Assembly: GCA_902618025.1 (NCBI GenBank)
Contig: CACMYY010000003.1
Location: 542-64,541, forward strand
Length of the DNA stretch: 64,000 nucleotides
DNA from: an uncultured SAR116 cluster alpha proteobacterium
Lineage (GTDB): Bacteria > Pseudomonadota > Alphaproteobacteria > Puniceispirillales > Marisalimonadaceae
Direction: 5' to 3'
Shown here: positions 1 through 9,180 of the stretch, piece after piece
Position numbering within the stretch: position 1 is the first letter of the stretch
Layout of the letters: each line of letters opens with the position of its first letter
Made by a program: the position numbers and the translations under genes
Notes under the pieces: model-generated
Database searches by the model: none
Told to the model about the DNA's origin: nothing
What the model saw: only the letters and a program-made list of their open reading frames with translations

Positions 1-663
1 AAAACCAAAAAAAATCATAGAAAAATTAGGATCCTTAAAAGCATCACCTAATACTTTTTTTAAGCTTATTTCTATTTCTTTTTTTGTAGATAAAGGGGGA
101 GATTTTAAAAAAGGAACAAAAAATATAATAAAAATTATAGACATTGAAAAAATTATAAAAACTTGTTGCCAACTATATAAATTTAAAAGAGCTTGAGCAA
201 TTGGCGCTCCTATCATTTGACCAACTGAACCAGCAGCAGTAACTACTCCTAAGGCCATTGATCTGTTTTTTTCACTCGAGGCTCTACCAACAACCGCTAA
301 TATCATTCCCATGCCTGTTCCAGCTATTCCAAAACCTATGATAAGCTCAAGGAATTGATGTGTTAGTGGATTTTGTGCAATGGTTGATAACAGTAAGCCA
401 ATAACATAGCAAAATGCTCCAACTACAATCATTTTTCTATCACCAAACTTTTCACCCAAAGCTCCAAAAATAGGCGCACCGATACCCCAGCCAAGGTTTT
501 GAATTGCAATTGCCAATGAAAATTCCACTCTTAACCAATGAAATTCTTGTTCAATTGGTATTTGAAACACACCAAAGCTGCCTCTTATTCCAAAAGTAAT
601 AATTATTATTATGGAGCCAGCTATCAATACTGGGGTAATTAAAGAACTGTTACAGCTTTTCAT
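1..663 (-). CDS. MFS transporter (partial, 3' end runs off window)
   Basis: Manual translation from ATG 663: MKSCNSSLITPVLIAGSIIIIITFGIRGSFGVFQIPI...AIAIQNLGWGIGAPIFGALGEKFG; multiple TM helices; not in ORF track because no stop in window. Confidence 0.85.
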   Translation of the reverse strand, partial: MKSCNSSLITPVLIAGSIIIIITFGIRGSFGVFQIPIEQEFHWLRVEFSLAIAIQNLGWGIGAPIFGALGEKFGDRKMIVVGAFCYVIGLLLSTIAQNPLTHQFLELIIGFGIAGTGMGMILAVVGRASSEKNRSMALGVVTAAGSVGQMIGAPIAQALLNLYSWQQVFIIFSMSIIFIIFFVPFLKSPPLSTKKEIEISLKKVLGDAFKDPNFSMIFFGF

Positions 664-684
664 GAATTAACTTGTTAAAGAATT

Positions 685-1530
685 CTATGTTAATGTCAAA
701 CCTTTGTTTTTGACTATTCTCAAACTAATATCCCATAAAAGGTCAGCATCTTTTTGACATTGAGCAAAAATTGAAGGTTCCTTTATTTTGCTTTGATAAA
801 AGTATTTTCCAGTAATATTTTTAATATTTTTATCAGTAGCTAAAAACACTATTGTTTCAGCACCTTCTTCAACTGATATTGCGAAGAAATTCATGAGAAA
901 TTTTATTGCCAAATTAGCGAGACCACTATTGTTTTTTCCAAATTGAGTTTTAACAAAACCAGGATGAAGACAATTAACAGTCATTTTATTTTTCTTAGTT
1001 AACTCGCTCAATTTCTTAGTAAATAATATATTACATAATTTTGATTTTTTATAAGCAATCCAACCGTTATAATTTGTTTTCATTTCTAAATTAGTAAAAT
1101 CTAATTTCACACCTCTATGTGCACCGCTAGCTACATTAACTATTCTTCCTCTAGCTTTTATAACCTTATATTTTAATAATATATTTGTTAAAATGAAATA
1201 TGACAGATGATTAAGTGCAAATGTTTTTTCTATTTTGTCCACACTCTCTTTTCTTGAAAAAAACAAGGCACCAGCATTATTAATAAGAATATCAATTTTA
1301 AATTTTCTTAATTTATCTGCTAACGATTTAATTTCTGAAATAGATGAAAGATCGCATTGTATAAAACTAATATTGATGTTTGATGTCTCTTTTATTAAAT
1401 TTCTGACTGATGTTTCACCTTTTTGTTTATTACTACCTATTAAAATTATTTTGTTTTTAATCTCTTTACCTAAAACCTCAGCTGCTCTATAGCCAAGCCC
1501 ACTTGTACCACCTGTAAGAACTATATTCAT
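685..1530 (-). CDS. Short-chain dehydrogenase/reductase (retinol-DH/WWOX-like)
   Basis: TGGTSGLG, NNAG, YKKSK (YxxxK), HPGFVKT motifs. Confidence 0.9.
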   Translation of the reverse strand: MNIVLTGGTSGLGYRAAEVLGKEIKNKIILIGSNKQKGETSVRNLIKETSNINISFIQCDLSSISEIKSLADKLRKFKIDILINNAGALFFSRKESVDKIEKTFALNHLSYFILTNILLKYKVIKARGRIVNVASGAHRGVKLDFTNLEMKTNYNGWIAYKKSKLCNILFTKKLSELTKKNKMTVNCLHPGFVKTQFGKNNSGLANLAIKFLMNFFAISVEEGAETIVFLATDKNIKNITGKYFYQSKIKEPSIFAQCQKDADLLWDISLRIVKNKGLTLT

Positions 1531-2192
1531 TTATCTAAGCCTTTTATTATATTTTCTTTCAACTTATAAAAATTTTCTATTGGATTATATTCATTCAATA
1601 TTGCGGATATTACTGCTACACCAGAAACTCCTAGTTTAAACAAATCATTAATATCATCTAAAGAAATACCACCTATTGCAACAACAGGAAGTTCTGTCTT
1701 ATTAATGATTTCTCTTAATGTATTAGAACCTATTGGCAAAGATGCGTCATTTTTTGAACCGGTGGGGAATATTGGTCCAACACCAAGATAATTTACACAA
1801 TTAGGTACATTATCTAATTGATTTTTATTTGTAATAGATAATCCAATTTCAATATTTTGATCTATAATTTTTTTTGCTTCATTTGGTTTCATATCAGATT
1901 GTCCAAGATGAAGTATATCAATTAAACCTTTGCACTTATAAGCAACATTGACATTATCATTAATACAAAGCTTCATTTTAGTATTAGATGTTGCTGAACG
2001 AAGATCTCTTATAAGATCTATGATCTCGTTATTATTCATTGATTTAGCTCTCAATTGAAAAACATCAAGACCATTTTCTGCTAGCTCACTAACTATTCTA
2101 ACAAGTGCTTTATTTGGATTTTCACTTTTGTATATATGATTAGAAAGTAAATTTTCAGGACCTGCAATAAAATAAGATTGAAGATTAGACAT
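1527..2192 (-). CDS. thiE: Thiamine-phosphate synthase
   Basis: QLRAK, INDN, HLGQSD, GPIFPTGSK, VAIGGI, GVAVISAI motifs; next to thiM. Confidence 0.93.
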   Translation of the reverse strand: MSNLQSYFIAGPENLLSNHIYKSENPNKALVRIVSELAENGLDVFQLRAKSMNNNEIIDLIRDLRSATSNTKMKLCINDNVNVAYKCKGLIDILHLGQSDMKPNEAKKIIDQNIEIGLSITNKNQLDNVPNCVNYLGVGPIFPTGSKNDASLPIGSNTLREIINKTELPVVAIGGISLDDINDLFKLGVSGVAVISAILNEYNPIENFYKLKENIIKGLDK

Positions 2193-3003
2193 TTTTAATT
2201 TTTACATTACTTATGATTTCGTCTGAAGAAATATTATATAATTTGTCTAATAAGTTCATTCTTAGACTCCCTGGCCCTCTAGAAACTTTGCTTGCCATTT
2301 CTCCTGCCAAATCATAAATGCCAATTATTGATGCAGTTGAAAGTAATTTATTTTCTCCAACAGCTATAGCCGCTCCAATTAAACAAGTTAATGCACAGCC
2401 GGTTGCAGTAACTTTGGTCATCATCTTATGTCCACCCTCAATAGCATAGGTAACATTACCATCAGTTACATAATCTATTGCTCCGGTAACAGCTACTATA
2501 ATTTTATTTTTTTTAGCTATTGAAATTGCAGCATTTAGTGCATCATTAGAGTTTGAAGTTGAGTCCACTCCTTTACCTCCCCCAGATAGTCCTGCCACAG
2601 CCATAATTTCTGACCCATTGCCCCTTAGTATTGTTGGTTTAAATTTAATAAGTTGCTCAACATTTTTATTTCTAAAGTCACTAGCACCAGCACCAACCGG
2701 ATCTAAAACCCAAGGAGTATTATTCTCGTTTGCGTGCTTCGCTGCTTTCAATGCACATTCTTGCCAGTATGGATCAAATGTTCCTATATTGATTGTTAAG
2801 GCACCGTTAATCGCTTTACAAATTTGACTAAAGTCTTTTGCTTCTTCTTTAGCATGTGCCATTACTGGAGATGCGCCAATTGAAAGCAAAGCATTAGCAG
2901 CAATATCCATAGAGACGAAATTTGAAAAATTCCATACTAATGGACCTTTATCCCTTATATTCGTCAAAAGTTCTGAAGCATTTTTGGATAATTCATTAGA
3001 CAT
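2185..3003 (-). CDS. thiM: Hydroxyethylthiazole kinase
   Basis: ANALLSIGASPVMA, LDPVGAGAS, RGNGSEI, GKGVDS, TATGC motifs. Confidence 0.95.
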   Translation of the reverse strand: MSNELSKNASELLTNIRDKGPLVWNFSNFVSMDIAANALLSIGASPVMAHAKEEAKDFSQICKAINGALTINIGTFDPYWQECALKAAKHANENNTPWVLDPVGAGASDFRNKNVEQLIKFKPTILRGNGSEIMAVAGLSGGGKGVDSTSNSNDALNAAISIAKKNKIIVAVTGAIDYVTDGNVTYAIEGGHKMMTKVTATGCALTCLIGAAIAVGENKLLSTASIIGIYDLAGEMASKVSRGPGSLRMNLLDKLYNISSDEIISNVKIKNV

Positions 3004-3076
3004 ATTATTTCCTTATTTTAAAGATTACTAGTTCACATTTTTACAGGGAATATGTTTTAAATTTTAAATTTAAATT

Positions 3077-3160
3077 AGCAACTCCCTCCGCTGGTCTTAA
3101 CCAGATCAGGTTTTAAGGGTTTATCTCTCAGCAAAAAATTTTGCACCCCTGGCTCAACTA
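3077..3160 (-). promoter_or_regulatory. TPP riboswitch
   Basis: Minus strand reads CCAGGGGTGC...GCTGAGAGATAAACCCTTAAAACCTGATCTGGTTAAGACCAGCGGAGGGAG, the TPP aptamer consensus, directly upstream of thiM. Confidence 0.95.
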
Positions 3161-3262
3161 GTTTAACATAATTATGTGAATTACTTAATTCTTTTTATTT
3201 TTATATGAATTTGAATACATTTAGATAATTTATGGAAATAGCGAAATAATTTTAAATTCTTC

Positions 3263-4669
3263 TTGAGGGTTATTGTGGAAAGAAAATTATTAGCAGTCGT
3301 TGCTGCAGACATGGTAGGATTTTCAAGGTTAATTGAAAATGATGAAATTAATTTACTCTCAAGACAAAAAAATCAATTAAACACAATTATTAAACCAGAA
3401 ATAGAAAATTATAATGGTGAAATAATCAAGACAACTGGTGATGGGTTCTTAGCTATTTTTCCAAGTGCATTGGATGCAGTGCAAAGTAGTGTATCTATTC
3501 AAAAGGAAATTTATCAAAATGAATTAGAGAAAACCAATGATACGAAAATTAGATACAGAATTGGAATTCATGTTGGTGATGTGGTTCTAGATGATGGAGA
3601 TATTTTTGGTAATACTGTGAATATTGCAAGTAGATTAGAGTCAATAGCAGATGCTGGAAATATTTGTATTACAAATGATGTTTATCAAAGTATCAAAAGT
3701 TTGAAATCTCTAATTATAGAAAATATAGGAGAGCAATTCTTAAAAAATATTTCTCAAAAAGTTCAAGTATATAAAATAAATATTTCAGAAGATGATATAA
3801 AGCAAATTCAAGAAAATCATTTGTTAACTGAGGCAAATCAGGAAATAAGATTTTGTAGTTCATCTGACGGAACTATTATTGCTTATGCAAGCATTGGGAA
3901 TGGACCACCAATATTAAAAGCGCCAAATTTTATGAGTAGTCTAGAACATGATTGGAGAAATCCAGTTTGGACACACATTTATAGGCATTTAGCAAAAGAC
4001 CATACGTTTTACAGGTTTGACCAAAGAGGTAATGGTGTTTCAGATCTTAACCCTGAAAAAATAAATTTTGATTGTTTTGTAGATGATATGCAAGCAGTAG
4101 TAGATTCAGCTAATATTAATAAATTCCCAATTTTTGGTGTATCACAAGGATGTGCAGTTTCAATAGCTTATGCATATAATAATCCAGAGAAAGTTACTCA
4201 TTTGATTTTGTCTGGAGGTTTTGCAAGAGGAAGAGCAAAAAGAGGAACAGTTGATTTTGATAAAAAAATTGAATTAGAAAAAAATATGATTTTAAATGGA
4301 TGGGAGAATGAAAATCCTGCATTTAGACAGTTTTTTACATCCACTATGATACCAGATGGAACGAAAGAACAAATGGATGCATTAAATAATGTAATGAAAA
4401 TTTCTACTTCTGCAGAAAATGCAGTTAGAATCCAATCAGCTAATGACCAAATAGACGTTTCAGAATTATTACCATTATTAGATATTCCTACTTTAATATT
4501 TCATAATATAAATGATGCAAGAGTTCCAATTTCAGAAAGTAAATTTATGGCTGCCAATATAAAAAATTCAAAATTTGTTCCATTAAATGGAAACAATCAT
4601 GTAATTCTTGAAGATGATGAGGGTTGGTCTATCTTTAAAGAGGAGTTTAAAAACTTCCTTAAACAATAA
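3263..4669 (+). CDS. Class III adenylate/guanylate cyclase fused to C-terminal alpha/beta hydrolase (probable start GTG 3275)
   Basis: AADMVGFS, KTTGDG, GDIFGNTVNIASRLE; hydrolase RFDQRGNG, GVSQG, NDARVP, GNNH. Confidence 0.88.
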   Translation: MRVIVERKLLAVVAADMVGFSRLIENDEINLLSRQKNQLNTIIKPEIENYNGEIIKTTGDGFLAIFPSALDAVQSSVSIQKEIYQNELEKTNDTKIRYRIGIHVGDVVLDDGDIFGNTVNIASRLESIADAGNICITNDVYQSIKSLKSLIIENIGEQFLKNISQKVQVYKINISEDDIKQIQENHLLTEANQEIRFCSSSDGTIIAYASIGNGPPILKAPNFMSSLEHDWRNPVWTHIYRHLAKDHTFYRFDQRGNGVSDLNPEKINFDCFVDDMQAVVDSANINKFPIFGVSQGCAVSIAYAYNNPEKVTHLILSGGFARGRAKRGTVDFDKKIELEKNMILNGWENENPAFRQFFTSTMIPDGTKEQMDALNNVMKISTSAENAVRIQSANDQIDVSELLPLLDIPTLIFHNINDARVPISESKFMAANIKNSKFVPLNGNNHVILEDDEGWSIFKEEFKNFLKQ

Positions 4670-4698
4670 ACTAATTTTTTTACGTAATAGGAAAAAAA

Positions 4699-5850
4699 AT
4701 GGATTTTAACTTAACAGAAGAACAAATAGCATTTCAAAACTCCGTTAGAAGTCTTGCAGATAAATATTTAAAAGAGGGTAATCTTAGACGTGCTCATGAT
4801 CCATTATTTCCAAAAGATATTGCAAAGTTATTTTCTAAAAATGGTCTAATGGGGATAACACTTCACGAGAAAGATGGAGGGCAGGGAGGTAAGTTAATGG
4901 ATGCAGTTCTTGCAATAGAGCAAGTTGCCTTAATTTGTCCAAGAAGTGCAGACGTAATACAAGCAGGAAGCTTTGGTCCAATAAGGACTTTCGCAGAGTA
5001 TGCAACTGATTATCAAAAAGAAAAATATTTACAAAAATTATTAACCGGAGAAATGGTAATTGGTTTAGGTATGACTGAGCCTAATGCTGGTTCAGCAGTA
5101 ACTGATTTGACAACCAAAGCTATTCAAGATGGTACAGGGTTTAGAGTATCTGGAAGTAAAGTCTTTACTAGTAACTCACCAGATGCGGATATCTTTTTGA
5201 TTTATGTAAGATATCATGAAGGAATAAATGGTATAGGTTCAGTAATAATGGATACATCAATGCCAGGTTTTTCTAAAGGCAAATCGTCCAAATATACTAA
5301 TGGTGAAGAGTGGTGTGCCTTATATTTTGATAATGTTTATATTCCTGAAGAAAATGTTTTATTAGGACCTGGTGGATTTAAAAAACAAATTTCAGGATTT
5401 AATGCGGAAAGAATTGGAAACTCTGCTAGATCACTGGCCCTTGGTGAGTTTGCTTTTAATGTTGCTAAAGAATATGCTTTAACAAGAGAGCAATTCGGAA
5501 AGAAAATTTGTGAATTTCAAGGCATTCAATGGAAGTTTTCAGATATGAAAATTCAAATTGAAGCTGGTAGATTACTATTATACAGAGCAGCAATAAATGC
5601 AGATAGAGGGTTTCCCTCTTCTAGAGAAACATCAATTGCTAAAGCATTTTGTAATAAAGCGGGATTTGAAATAAGTAATGAGGCAATGCAGGTTATGGGT
5701 GGTACTGGGTATTCACAAGAATCATTGGTTGAATATTGTTTCAGAAAATCAAGAGGATGGCAAATTGCAGGTGGATCAACTGAAATGATGAAAAATAGAA
5801 TAGCCGAAGATATCTTTGAAAGGAGATTTTCACAAAGGCCAAATAAATGA
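4699..5850 (+). CDS. Acyl-CoA dehydrogenase
   Basis: MTEPNAGS, GSKVFTSN, REQFGKKICEFQGIQW, QVMGGTGY. Confidence 0.93.
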   Translation: MDFNLTEEQIAFQNSVRSLADKYLKEGNLRRAHDPLFPKDIAKLFSKNGLMGITLHEKDGGQGGKLMDAVLAIEQVALICPRSADVIQAGSFGPIRTFAEYATDYQKEKYLQKLLTGEMVIGLGMTEPNAGSAVTDLTTKAIQDGTGFRVSGSKVFTSNSPDADIFLIYVRYHEGINGIGSVIMDTSMPGFSKGKSSKYTNGEEWCALYFDNVYIPEENVLLGPGGFKKQISGFNAERIGNSARSLALGEFAFNVAKEYALTREQFGKKICEFQGIQWKFSDMKIQIEAGRLLLYRAAINADRGFPSSRETSIAKAFCNKAGFEISNEAMQVMGGTGYSQESLVEYCFRKSRGWQIAGGSTEMMKNRIAEDIFERRFSQRPNK

Positions 5851-5860
5851 TCTTTTAATT

Positions 5861-7945
5861 ATGATAGATGTTTCTTTATCCAAATCTTTTTTAAACCCAA
5901 AATCAGTTGCAATAATAGGCGCTTCTGCTGACCCCAAAAAAACTAGTTCACGAGTACAAAGGTTTCTAGTATCGCATGGTTATAAAGGAAAAATATTTCC
6001 TGTAAATCCAAACAGGGAAGAAATTTTTGGGTTAAAATGTTATCCAAATTTAAAATCAATTAATGAACATATTGATCATATCTTTGTTGCTGTTAATGGT
6101 AATAAAATCATTGAAGTTATTATAGATGCTATATCAAAAAAAGTCAGATGCGCTACAATTTTATCTGGAGGGTTCAGTGAATCTGGATCTGAAGGTAATG
6201 ATTTAGAAAAACATGTTTTTAAAATAGCAAAAAAAGGCGATTTAAGAATATTGGGGCCAAATAGTATTGGTCTTATAAATATCTCAGATAATGTTATTTT
6301 AAGTGCAAATGCTATGCTTGAATTACAAGATTTAAAGAAAGGAAGTCTTGGTGTAATTTCCCATAGCGGGAGTCTTATTGGAGCCTTATTGGCTCACGGC
6401 CACTCACGAGGTATAGGGTTTTCTAAGTTGGTTTCTATTGGAAATGAGTCGGATCTCTCTGTTGGAGAAATTGGTAAAATGCTAGTTAGTGATCCAAATA
6501 CTGAAACCATAATATTATTTTTAGAAACATTAAGAAACAGTGATGAAGTAGCAGATATGTCCAGAATGGCACATGCAGCTGGAAAACAAATTATCTGTTA
6601 CAAACTTGGCAAATCTGAATTAGGTAAAGAATTAGCCAAATCACATACGGGAGCAATTGCAGGAAATGATGATGCGTTCAATGCATTCATAAATTATCAT
6701 GGTATTGCTAGAGTGGAAATTTTTGAAACATTACTTGAAATTCCTAATTTATTTAAAAATAAGAAAAGATCTGAATCTAAACGAGTAGGTATAGTTACCA
6801 CAACTGGTGGTGGCGGTGCTATGGTTGTAGAAAGTTTGTCAAGCAGTGATATTAAAATAGTAGACCCTGGTCTATCAATAAAGAAAATTATGCAAGACAA
6901 TAATATTCCATTTAACAACAATAAATTAGTTGATTTAACTATTGCTGGAACAAAACCAGAAATTGTTAGCGAAGTAATTAGTCTAATGATGAAAAATAAA
7001 AATATTGATTTAGTTGTGATGGTAGTTGGTTCGTCTGCTAAATTTAGATCAGAACAAGCAGTTGAGCCTCTTTTAAAATGGGCAAATTATCCAAAGCCTT
7101 TAGCTGTATATTTGGCACCTGAAGCTCCAGAGGCACTAACTTTACTCCATCAAAATGATATTGCTTGTTTTAGGACACCCGAGTCATGTGCAGAGGGTGT
7201 AAAGACTTTTTTAAATACTAAGAATCCAATTAAACCAAAAATTTTAAAAACTGATTTAAGTAACATTTCAAAAAAGCTAAAGAAAAGGATATTTAAGAAT
7301 TTGTCTGAAGAGGAAGCATTAGAAATCTTTAAAGATATTGGAATTGAAATTGTTGAATACAAAGTAAGTATTAACGAAAAACAAGCCATAGAATACAGTT
7401 CCCAAATGGGTTTTCCTCTAGCAATGAAGGTTTTATCAAATCACATTCTTCATAAAACAGAAACTGGTGGTGTTGAATTAAACATAAAAAATTTAGATGA
7501 GCTGAAAATTAGTTTTCAAAAGTTATCAGATGTATTTCAGAAATTAAAAATAAAAAGTAATGAAGAAAAGTTTATTATTCAAAAAATGGAAAAAGGTATT
7601 TCTGAAATCATTTTGGGTTACAGAGTTGATGAATTAGTTGGACCAATTGTTGTTATAGGTTCTGGTGGTATTTTGTCAGAGATATATAACGATAAATCAA
7701 TAAGGATGGCGCCAGTTGATATCACAGAAGCTAGAAAAATGATAAAAGAAGTCAAAAGTCTTGTCGCTATAACTGGATATAGAGGACTTCCTAAAGCTGA
7801 TATAAATATTATTGCTAATGCAGTGGTGAACATGTCTAAATTTGCCTTAGTTAAAGAAATTAAAGAAGCTGAGATTAATCCAGTTATAGTAAAAAAAGAT
7901 GATGAAGGAATTGTTGCTGTTGATGGGCTTATCACATTAAATTGA
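5861..7945 (+). CDS. Acyl-CoA synthetase (NDP-forming; acetate-CoA ligase family, fused alpha/beta)
   Basis: NPKSVAIIGAS, LGPNSIG, SHTGAIAG phospho-His, HKTETGGV ATP-grasp, EINP; ATG 5861 is in frame with the ORF at 5816. Confidence 0.9.
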   Translation: MIDVSLSKSFLNPKSVAIIGASADPKKTSSRVQRFLVSHGYKGKIFPVNPNREEIFGLKCYPNLKSINEHIDHIFVAVNGNKIIEVIIDAISKKVRCATILSGGFSESGSEGNDLEKHVFKIAKKGDLRILGPNSIGLINISDNVILSANAMLELQDLKKGSLGVISHSGSLIGALLAHGHSRGIGFSKLVSIGNESDLSVGEIGKMLVSDPNTETIILFLETLRNSDEVADMSRMAHAAGKQIICYKLGKSELGKELAKSHTGAIAGNDDAFNAFINYHGIARVEIFETLLEIPNLFKNKKRSESKRVGIVTTTGGGGAMVVESLSSSDIKIVDPGLSIKKIMQDNNIPFNNNKLVDLTIAGTKPEIVSEVISLMMKNKNIDLVVMVVGSSAKFRSEQAVEPLLKWANYPKPLAVYLAPEAPEALTLLHQNDIACFRTPESCAEGVKTFLNTKNPIKPKILKTDLSNISKKLKKRIFKNLSEEEALEIFKDIGIEIVEYKVSINEKQAIEYSSQMGFPLAMKVLSNHILHKTETGGVELNIKNLDELKISFQKLSDVFQKLKIKSNEEKFIIQKMEKGISEIILGYRVDELVGPIVVIGSGGILSEIYNDKSIRMAPVDITEARKMIKEVKSLVAITGYRGLPKADINIIANAVVNMSKFALVKEIKEAEINPVIVKKDDEGIVAVDGLITLN

Positions 7946-8034
7946 TATTTTTTTGGGCAATCTTTTATTAAAAAAAAAATATATTTACATGTTAAAGAAT
8001 TTTTTTATCATTATTAAATGACAAAGAGTTCTGA

Positions 8035-8817
8035 ATGATTATAAATCATGGAGTAAGAGGTTCAACACCAAATCCAAGTCAAAATTGTTTATTGTTTGGC
8101 GGTAATACTCCTTGTGTAGAAATTAAAACTCAAAAATATCAACTAATTTTTGATTGCGGTTCAGGATTTTCAAAAGTAAATTTTTCAAACGATCTTGAAA
8201 CAATATTGTTTATTTCTCATTTCCATCATGATCATATTCAAGGATTAGCCTTTAATAATTATGATACCAATAATGGTAAAAAAATAACTTTAACTTCAGC
8301 ACATTCAAATAAAACTGATACCTTCAATAATTTAAACTCTTACTACAGTAATCCTTACTTCCCAGTAAATTTTGTTGAAATTATTAATAAGTTTGAATTT
8401 TTAGATTTTGAACAAGTTGTAAATAATTTTGAAGATTTAAATATAAATTCTATAGATCTTAATCATCCTGGAAATTGCTCTGGATATAGTATTACAAGTA
8501 ATAAAAAAAAGTTTTGTTATTTATTGGATAATGAATATGAAGATGTTCAAGAAGAAAAATTAATTAATTTTTGTGATCAGTCAGAAACTATCATCTGGGA
8601 TGGTATGTTCTTAGAGAATGAGTTATTAGATAAAAAAGGTTGGGGGCATTCTAGCATTGAACAGGGCGTATCTTTAGCTAATAAAATTCAAGTTAAAAAC
8701 TTCCTCATTTCTCATCATTCACCATCTAGAGCCGACAAAGAAATAAAAAAAATCGAAAAAAAACTATTAAGCAAAAAAGTTAAATTTGCATCTGAAAATG
8801 AGGTTATAGAGTTCTAA
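8035..8817 (+). CDS. MBL-fold metallo-hydrolase (RNase Z/PhnP-like, candidate cyclic-nucleotide phosphodiesterase)
   Basis: GVRGS..GGNTPCVE, SHFHHDHIQG (HxHxDH), NHPG, WGHS, SHHSP. Confidence 0.8.
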   Translation: MIINHGVRGSTPNPSQNCLLFGGNTPCVEIKTQKYQLIFDCGSGFSKVNFSNDLETILFISHFHHDHIQGLAFNNYDTNNGKKITLTSAHSNKTDTFNNLNSYYSNPYFPVNFVEIINKFEFLDFEQVVNNFEDLNINSIDLNHPGNCSGYSITSNKKKFCYLLDNEYEDVQEEKLINFCDQSETIIWDGMFLENELLDKKGWGHSSIEQGVSLANKIQVKNFLISHHSPSRADKEIKKIEKKLLSKKVKFASENEVIEF

Positions 8818-9155
8818 TGGAAAAGACTAAATACAATGAAAATCAAAGTGTTTTTAAAGTCGGAGAACTACCTGACAAAATGTATTTATTAGTTAAAGGT
8901 TCTGTCGGTATTTTTTTGCCAACTAATGAAACAAAAAAACCTAATTTTATTATTCAAGAAAACGAACTTTTTGGTGAAATGGGGGTGATAGAAAACGAAT
9001 TAAGGATGGCTACAGCAAGGTGTTTAGTTGAAAGTGAAATCATTTCAATTACCAAGGATGAATTTGATAAAAGGGTTAATAATTCTGATGTCTTTGTAAA
9101 AGGATGCTTAAAAGCGTTGTCATACAGATTAAGGTCGGTTGAAAAAAAAATGTAA
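8817..9155 (+). CDS. Stand-alone cyclic nucleotide-binding domain protein
   Basis: VFKVGE..MYLLVKGSV, FGEMGVI...RMATA phosphate-binding cassette; no HTH. Confidence 0.88.
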   Translation: MEKTKYNENQSVFKVGELPDKMYLLVKGSVGIFLPTNETKKPNFIIQENELFGEMGVIENELRMATARCLVESEIISITKDEFDKRVNNSDVFVKGCLKALSYRLRSVEKKM

Positions 9156-9180
9156 GAAGAAGTTTGAAGGAGTTTTTTAA

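Noticed and set aside
3161-3181. TTTAACATAATTATGTGAA, and a similar motif near 60180, as dif/Xer sites
   Set aside because: They lack the 11-6-11 layout; more likely AT-rich promoter palindromes.
7946-8034. CRP-like (TGTGA-N6-TCACA) or CtrA sites upstream of the cNMP operon
   Set aside because: No adequate match found by eye; only a weak sigma70-like TTTACA/TATCAT pair.
8035-9155. Pycsar/CBASS-type anti-phage system (MBL + cNMP-binding + cyclase)
   Set aside because: The cyclase is REC-fused within a two-component operon, the cNMP domain has no TM/TIR effector, and no defence-island context is visible; regulatory signalling is more parsimonious, though this is untested.
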